In this document: in pieces, positions 58,601-64,000 of the stretch
Numbering within the stretch: the first letter of the stretch is position 1
How the letters are laid out: each line of letters begins with the position of its first letter
Notes under the pieces: model-generated
Database searches by the model: none
Told to the model about the DNA's origin: nothing
What the model saw: the letters and a program-made list of their open reading frames with translations, nothing else
Origin: Monocercomonoides exilis PA203
Lineage: Eukaryota; Protista; Preaxostyla
Reading direction: 5' to 3'
Length of the DNA: 64,000 bases
Assembly: GCA_001643675.2 (NCBI GenBank)
Contig: LSRY02000043.1
Location: 434,001-498,000 of the forward strand
Translations under genes and position numbers: made by a program

Positions 58601-61600
58601 GAATATCCTCAATTGCTGTGTCGTTCCATCTGAAAGTGATGTTGTTATTGAATACAGCTTTTGCGGCGTGCTCAATGGGGCAATGAACCTTGATCAATTT
58701 GGAGTTGCAGACACTTTTTTTGGCAGCTTTCCTATTATTTGCGTATATGGAGAGAATGCAGAAGGAACACTTAATGAAGTGTTTCAGAGGAATGTTACAA
58801 GCAATTCAAAGGATGGTCTGGTTGCTGCAGAGGAAAGAGGATCCATTTTCATCCAAAACTCAGAGTTTTCATCTTGCACATTGGAGAATTGCAGTATCGT
58901 GCTCATAATAAATGGAAATTTTGTGAATATCACAAACACTGATTTTCATTCAATCACGCGTCAGAAGCAAAATGGTGCTTGTCTTTGCATTCCGAGTGAA
59001 GACAACTCAGAAGCTGTGTCAGTCAATGTTTCAAATTGTGAATTTGTGAATTGTGGTGTTGAATCAGAATCAAATGGAGGAGGAGCAATTTATGTCTGTT
59101 CAGAAGATCAAAGCTCATTAGCAGTCGAAAAATGCTGTTTCACTTCTTGCCATGCACCTTGATCTCAGCAAGGCATCACAAAGGATGGAAGAGGTGGGTG
59201 CACTTTTTCTTGATTTGTCTGGAGAGAATCCCTCATTCACAATTGCAGATCCCACGTTCTCAGACAACAAAGCAGAACATAGCAAGAATATGTTTCTGAA
59301 GTGCAATGATCTGAATTCCACTGTCACAAATGATAAATTTTTTTTCAATATGGACAGATGGCCAGCGATGAAACAATTTTTGATGGAAGCGATACGAAGT
59401 TTTTGAATACTGATCTTTTCCGATTCCTCATCAAATATGAGAGTGGAACAGTGTTTGTGTCTGAAGACGGTGCTGATGTTTTGAGATGTGGAAGCAATGA
59501 AGATCCTTGCAAATCCTTTTGGAAAGGGATGAAACAGATCAAGTCCGATTCTGATGGAAAAAAATAAAACTGAAAGGAGAGTGTTCAATCAGAAACGAAT
59601 TTGAAATTTCTGATTTGGCAATTGAATCATCAACAAGCACACCTGATGAACCTGAGATGAGTACTTTGATGTTTGAGAATGTGTCTCCTGACAAAAATGT
59701 GTTGCTGAACGTTAATCACAAGGTGGTAATAAATCACATTCGAATATCCACAAGCTCAGATTTTGTGTGCCTGAATGATGCTCTCATTTCCTGCCTGAAT
59801 GGGAACATCACAATAATGAGTTGCCAGTTCCACTCACTTGCTCCACACACAAATCCTCTTTTAGTTGAATTTGTCCAGATTTTTGAGGGATTTTTGATGA
59901 TTCAAGATTTGAAAGTGGACTCTAAAAACATTGGACGAAGCATGATCGAGACATCCAACAAAGTGAATGTTGGGATTATTGACATGACTGTTCAATCAGT
60001 GAATCTTACTGATGGAAGTCTTGTGAATGTTGTTTCTGTTCCCACAGATGAAAGAAATAAGGAGAAAAAACAGATTCAAATCAACTCTTCCTCTTTTCTT
60101 TCAGTGAACGGAAAGAATGATGAGGGCCGTGTTCTGAGTTGCCTTGACTCCACAAACACAAACATATTCATGGGAACATCGAACTTTTTTGGATGCCTGT
60201 CACCGGAAACACAGAAAGGAGGATGTATTCTCATTGAGCTGTGCGAGGATGGAAAGTTCCATTTGAAAGAATCCGTTGTTGAAATGTGTGGGTGCTCAAC
60301 ATCAAATGGAAGGGGAGGTGGGCTTTATCTGAAAACTGAATTCACAGCAAAGCTCAGCATCCAGATCGAACCAATGAAGTTAGAGTCAAACACAGCCCAG
60401 GTGGGGCGAGATATATTTATTGAATGCAGTGATCTGAACACACAACTGAACGAGACAATGTTCAAAATGGATTTTAATCCGAGTGCCTTTGTTCATCTAA
60501 ATGCTTTGTATGGAATTGATCGAAACGAATTTTCATCTGTGCCTGTGAATCTTCTTGATTTTATTCTCATTTATCAGTCAGACACAATTATTGTGAGCTC
60601 AGAACAGACCAAAGGAGGAAATGATACAAAGCAGTGCGGAACCCTTGCCCTTCCTTGTGCCACCATTGGCTACCCCCTCATCCATCTCACCCATAAAGTG
60701 GACAGCTGGCTTCTTGTCGACTTGCAGAGTGTGATCGACTGTGAAATTAAACTCTGTGATGTGAACTTGATATCTCGAAAGAAGACAGCTGCTGCAATAG
60801 AAATAAAGGAAAATACTGAAATGGAAAAGAGTTGTATTGTTAATTGTTCTGGCTCAGTTACTCTTAAGCTGATTTCTTTCTGCTTCGCAACAAAAATAAC
60901 AACAGCTCACTCCTCATTTTTGTTTTCAGAGCATGCATCCCTTTCAATTGAATATTGTCAATTCTCAGGGATTGAAAACATTGACGAGTCACACATTTCA
61001 TTTGCACTTGTGGAAATAGTTGGTTCAGAGCTGAGTATCCTTGATCTCTTGATTGAAAACATTACTGTGGCATATCCTTATCTGATTCACATTCACTCGT
61101 TTTGTGGGGATTTATCTCTCGAAAAGCTGGGAGTGAATGCTGTCAATGTGGAGAAGAATATGGTATTTGTTGAAGGGAAAGAAGATGGAAATATCTGTGT
61201 GGCTGGAGAATCTTTCGATTTTCTCCTCTCAAAGTACGAAAATATCAGCATTTCTGGTGAACAATCAACAGTGATTAATGTTGAAAAATGTACCTGTCGT
61301 GTCAGCTGTGCCAATATATCTGTTGTTCACAAAAGTGAGGCAAACAAAAAAGGAGGTGCTTTGAAAATGAGTTCATGCCAAAACAATGCTCTGGATTCAT
61401 GTTTGTTTGATGGAATTGCGGATGTTAACGATAAATGGGATGAGTCGAACGCTGTGCAGGATGATGTTTGCAGACGGAACGGATCAATGATGGAACTCGA
61501 AAACACATCAGCAACAGTGAAAGACACCATCATATCTGATGCCTCAAATGGGGCATTGTTTATGAGTGGCGGAACAGTTGTCATTGAAATGGGGTTATTC

Positions 61601-63520
61601 GCAAATAACAATCCAAGATTCTCAAAATATCCATCTGTGAGAAGAAACATTATCTGTTCAGATTCAGGATCATTGGGCATCACAAGTTTGAAAGGAGGAG
61701 ATGGATTAAAGGATAATTCATCATTGTGGATTCTGGATGAAGGATGTGAATTGAGCGGGATTGTAACCGAGAGATTGTCATCCTTCTTCATTCCAGAGTT
61801 GGAAATAGTCGAAATGGAAGAGATGGATGCAGAACTTCTTCTGAGGTTCAAGGGAAAGCTGTTGCTTCCATGCAACATATCGTTCAAGATTGTGAAACAA
61901 GTTGGTGATGAAGATGTTGTGGAAAGATATGAATTCAATGAAGAAGGATGTGTATCAGAAAATGAAGTGGATGGAAAAGTTCCCATTGAAACAATAAGCA
62001 ATGGAGGAGAAGAGACAGAAGTGAGTGTGAGTGTTCTGTTTGGAAAGAAAGAATCTCCTTCATCGACTGATTCATTTGTTCTGAAGAACAGAAGTGAAAC
62101 TCAAGGAAAGCGAGATGACAGAATTGTTGAAGGAGGGAAAGAGGGAAAATCTTATTGGATGTTGAACGTGATTGCGCTTGTTGTGATATTGTGGATTGTT
62201 CTAATCGGATTTATTTTATTTGTTGTTCGGTGAAGGAAAGTGAAGGAAAGAAATGAGGAGCTGCAAGAGATTGTGTATGACAACATCAGAAAAGATCCGA
62301 AGGCATTTGAGATGGTGACGATGGAGATGTCGCCTGAGGAGCAGTGGAGGAGGGCAGAGAGGGAGGCAGAGAAGAAGAGTGAGGAAAGGATTAAGAAGAG
62401 AGTGTATGAGAGGAATATGGAACATTCGGAGTCATCAGAACATCTTCTATCTGAGAGTGGCTCAACAGAATATATTTTGGGGAGAGACTCAGACAAGATC
62501 CCAGAGTGGGTGCTTGAGAAGGTTGATGAAAAGGAGATCGAGGAGGAAACAAGAAAGAGAACACCATCACCATCTATTTCATCCACTTCAACAACTGACA
62601 CTTCAGACACAGAATCCACTTTTGTTCGATCAGAGAGTCTGTGTCCAACCACTTCATCCATGTCGAATCTGGTGGATGCAATGGCCTGTTCGTCAGTGTT
62701 TGAAAAGCTCATTGTGGACTTGAGGGATTCGCTGTTCATGTTGCTTCATGGAAGGAATGAGAAGAAGGAGATGGCGATTGGTACTCTGAAAGAAAGAGAA
62801 CAAACAGCTGCCCAGATCCTGTTCTGGGTGGCCAATCTTGCTCTCCACTCATTTGACGAAATGAACAATCCTCTTTCATCTCTTGCCAACCTCAGCCCTC
62901 ACATCGTGCTGTTTTCTGAGCACATGGTGATCTGCATTGCCCTCCACTCCGACTGCTCCTCAGGCTCAGACACTTCATCCACTTTTTCTTCCACCTCGAC
63001 AATTGTCACCTCTTCCTCAGATTGCTCAGCCATCAACAAGAAAGGCCAAGGCTCACCACCACCACCTTCATCAGCATTTGAGGATGAGGATGACAACCGG
63101 AAAGAGTGTCTGCGGTGGAAGGCGCCAGAGCTGCTGATGAACAAAGACCTGGGAGCCACAAAGAAGACAGTTGTGTTCTCGATTGGGATGATGCTGTGGG
63201 AGTGCCTGTCTCTTCAGATCCCGTTTGGAGAGTATGAGGCAGAGGTGGCAGGACAAAAGATTGTGAATGGAGAAAGGCCAAAACTCGGGATAGTTGAACA
63301 ATCGCATTTGAGTTTGATTGTGAGATCCTGTTGGAGTGACAATTTTTCTGAGAGGATGTCTCTCAATGCTCTTAAAAGGGAGTTCATCAAGCACTTTCCA
63401 GAAGGATATGTAATGCTAACAATGACAGATACCATTTCTCTCGAAGAATCAAGCGGAGATGAAGACAATGGAAGCGCAATTGAGAGCGGAGATGATGGAG
63501 GCTCACCGTTTTCAAGATAA
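55668..63520 (+). pseudogene. Disrupted receptor-pseudokinase family gene (about 2600 codons)
   Basis: Collinear homology with the 40189 gene. In-frame TGAs at 56547, 58239, 59160 and 62231; three frameshifts clustered at about 59195, 59345 and 59560; intact pseudokinase ORF at 62240-63520. Confidence 0.8.
62306..63147 (+). repeat. 842-bp direct repeat, copy B
   Basis: See 51229-52070. Confidence 0.9.
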
Positions 63521-64000
63521 AGATGGATTTTTTGCAGAAAAAGAAGAATCGAAGAAACCAAGCAGGAATTGTGATTAAAATGAAGGAGAAGGAGAAAAAG
63601 AACGATTAACCAATTCATATCATTGAATGATTCTTGCTGTCGAGTGAATTAACGCTATTTTTGAAGATGTCTTATTTATGTTGCTATTGGAGATGTTCTT
63701 TATTTGAATGTTTCATTTTCGATGCCAATGAGTTTTCGTTAATTCATCTTTTTTTATCTTTTTGTGGTTATTTTATTCTTTCTGTAGAAGAAAACAATTC
63801 ACATACATTTCAAATAACAGCAAAGTGAAAAATCATCATCAGGTTCTCTTTCATTCATATTCCTCAAAGTATTTCTTTGATAAAGAAAAACATTTTTCTT
63901 CAAAATTCTTCATTTTTTATCATCAAAGATGCTCATGAAAAAACAAACCTCTTTCTTCTTCTTCTTCTGTTATTCATCTCTTTTAACTTATCTTCAAAAA

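Noticed and set aside
1-64000. TAA/TAG reassigned to Gln (Streblomastix- or ciliate-type code)
   Set aside because: ORFs of 920-3117 codons contain no in-frame TAA/TAG and use CAA/CAG. TAA/TAG end genes at plausible positions (1660, 20125, 63520), and in-frame ones occur only in decayed sequences.

Overview
AT-rich eukaryotic (protist) genomic DNA. It has short GT-AG introns, microsatellites and a giant Cys/Gly-rich surface-receptor/pseudokinase family that I recall from oxymonads such as Monocercomonoides (inference, not checked). The main feature is an 8,219-bp Merlin (IS1595/ISXO2-like) DNA transposon at 4804-13022, bounded by a perfect 8-bp target-site duplication (CTCCTAAC). Its inverted arms are about 2.7 kb long, and each carries a captured, internally deleted fragment of the host receptor-pseudokinase family pointing inward at a central transposase (a 'Pack-Merlin'). 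The element splits a decayed host reading frame. The window also holds a hAT transposase relic, a family of 253-258-bp MITEs with GGG...CCC ends and AWWT flanks, two other MITE-like foldbacks, and three housekeeping-type genes (CBM20+GDPD phosphodiesterase, FtsX-like permease, PIG-G/O-like ethanolamine-phosphate transferase). There are three more receptor-family genes: one kinase-less, one about 4078 codons with a single in-frame TGA, and one disrupted. The last two share an apparently identical 842-bp cytoplasmic tract. In-frame TGA recurs at positions where paralogs have Trp. No rRNA, tRNA or CRISPR array was recognised. All alignments were done by eye.
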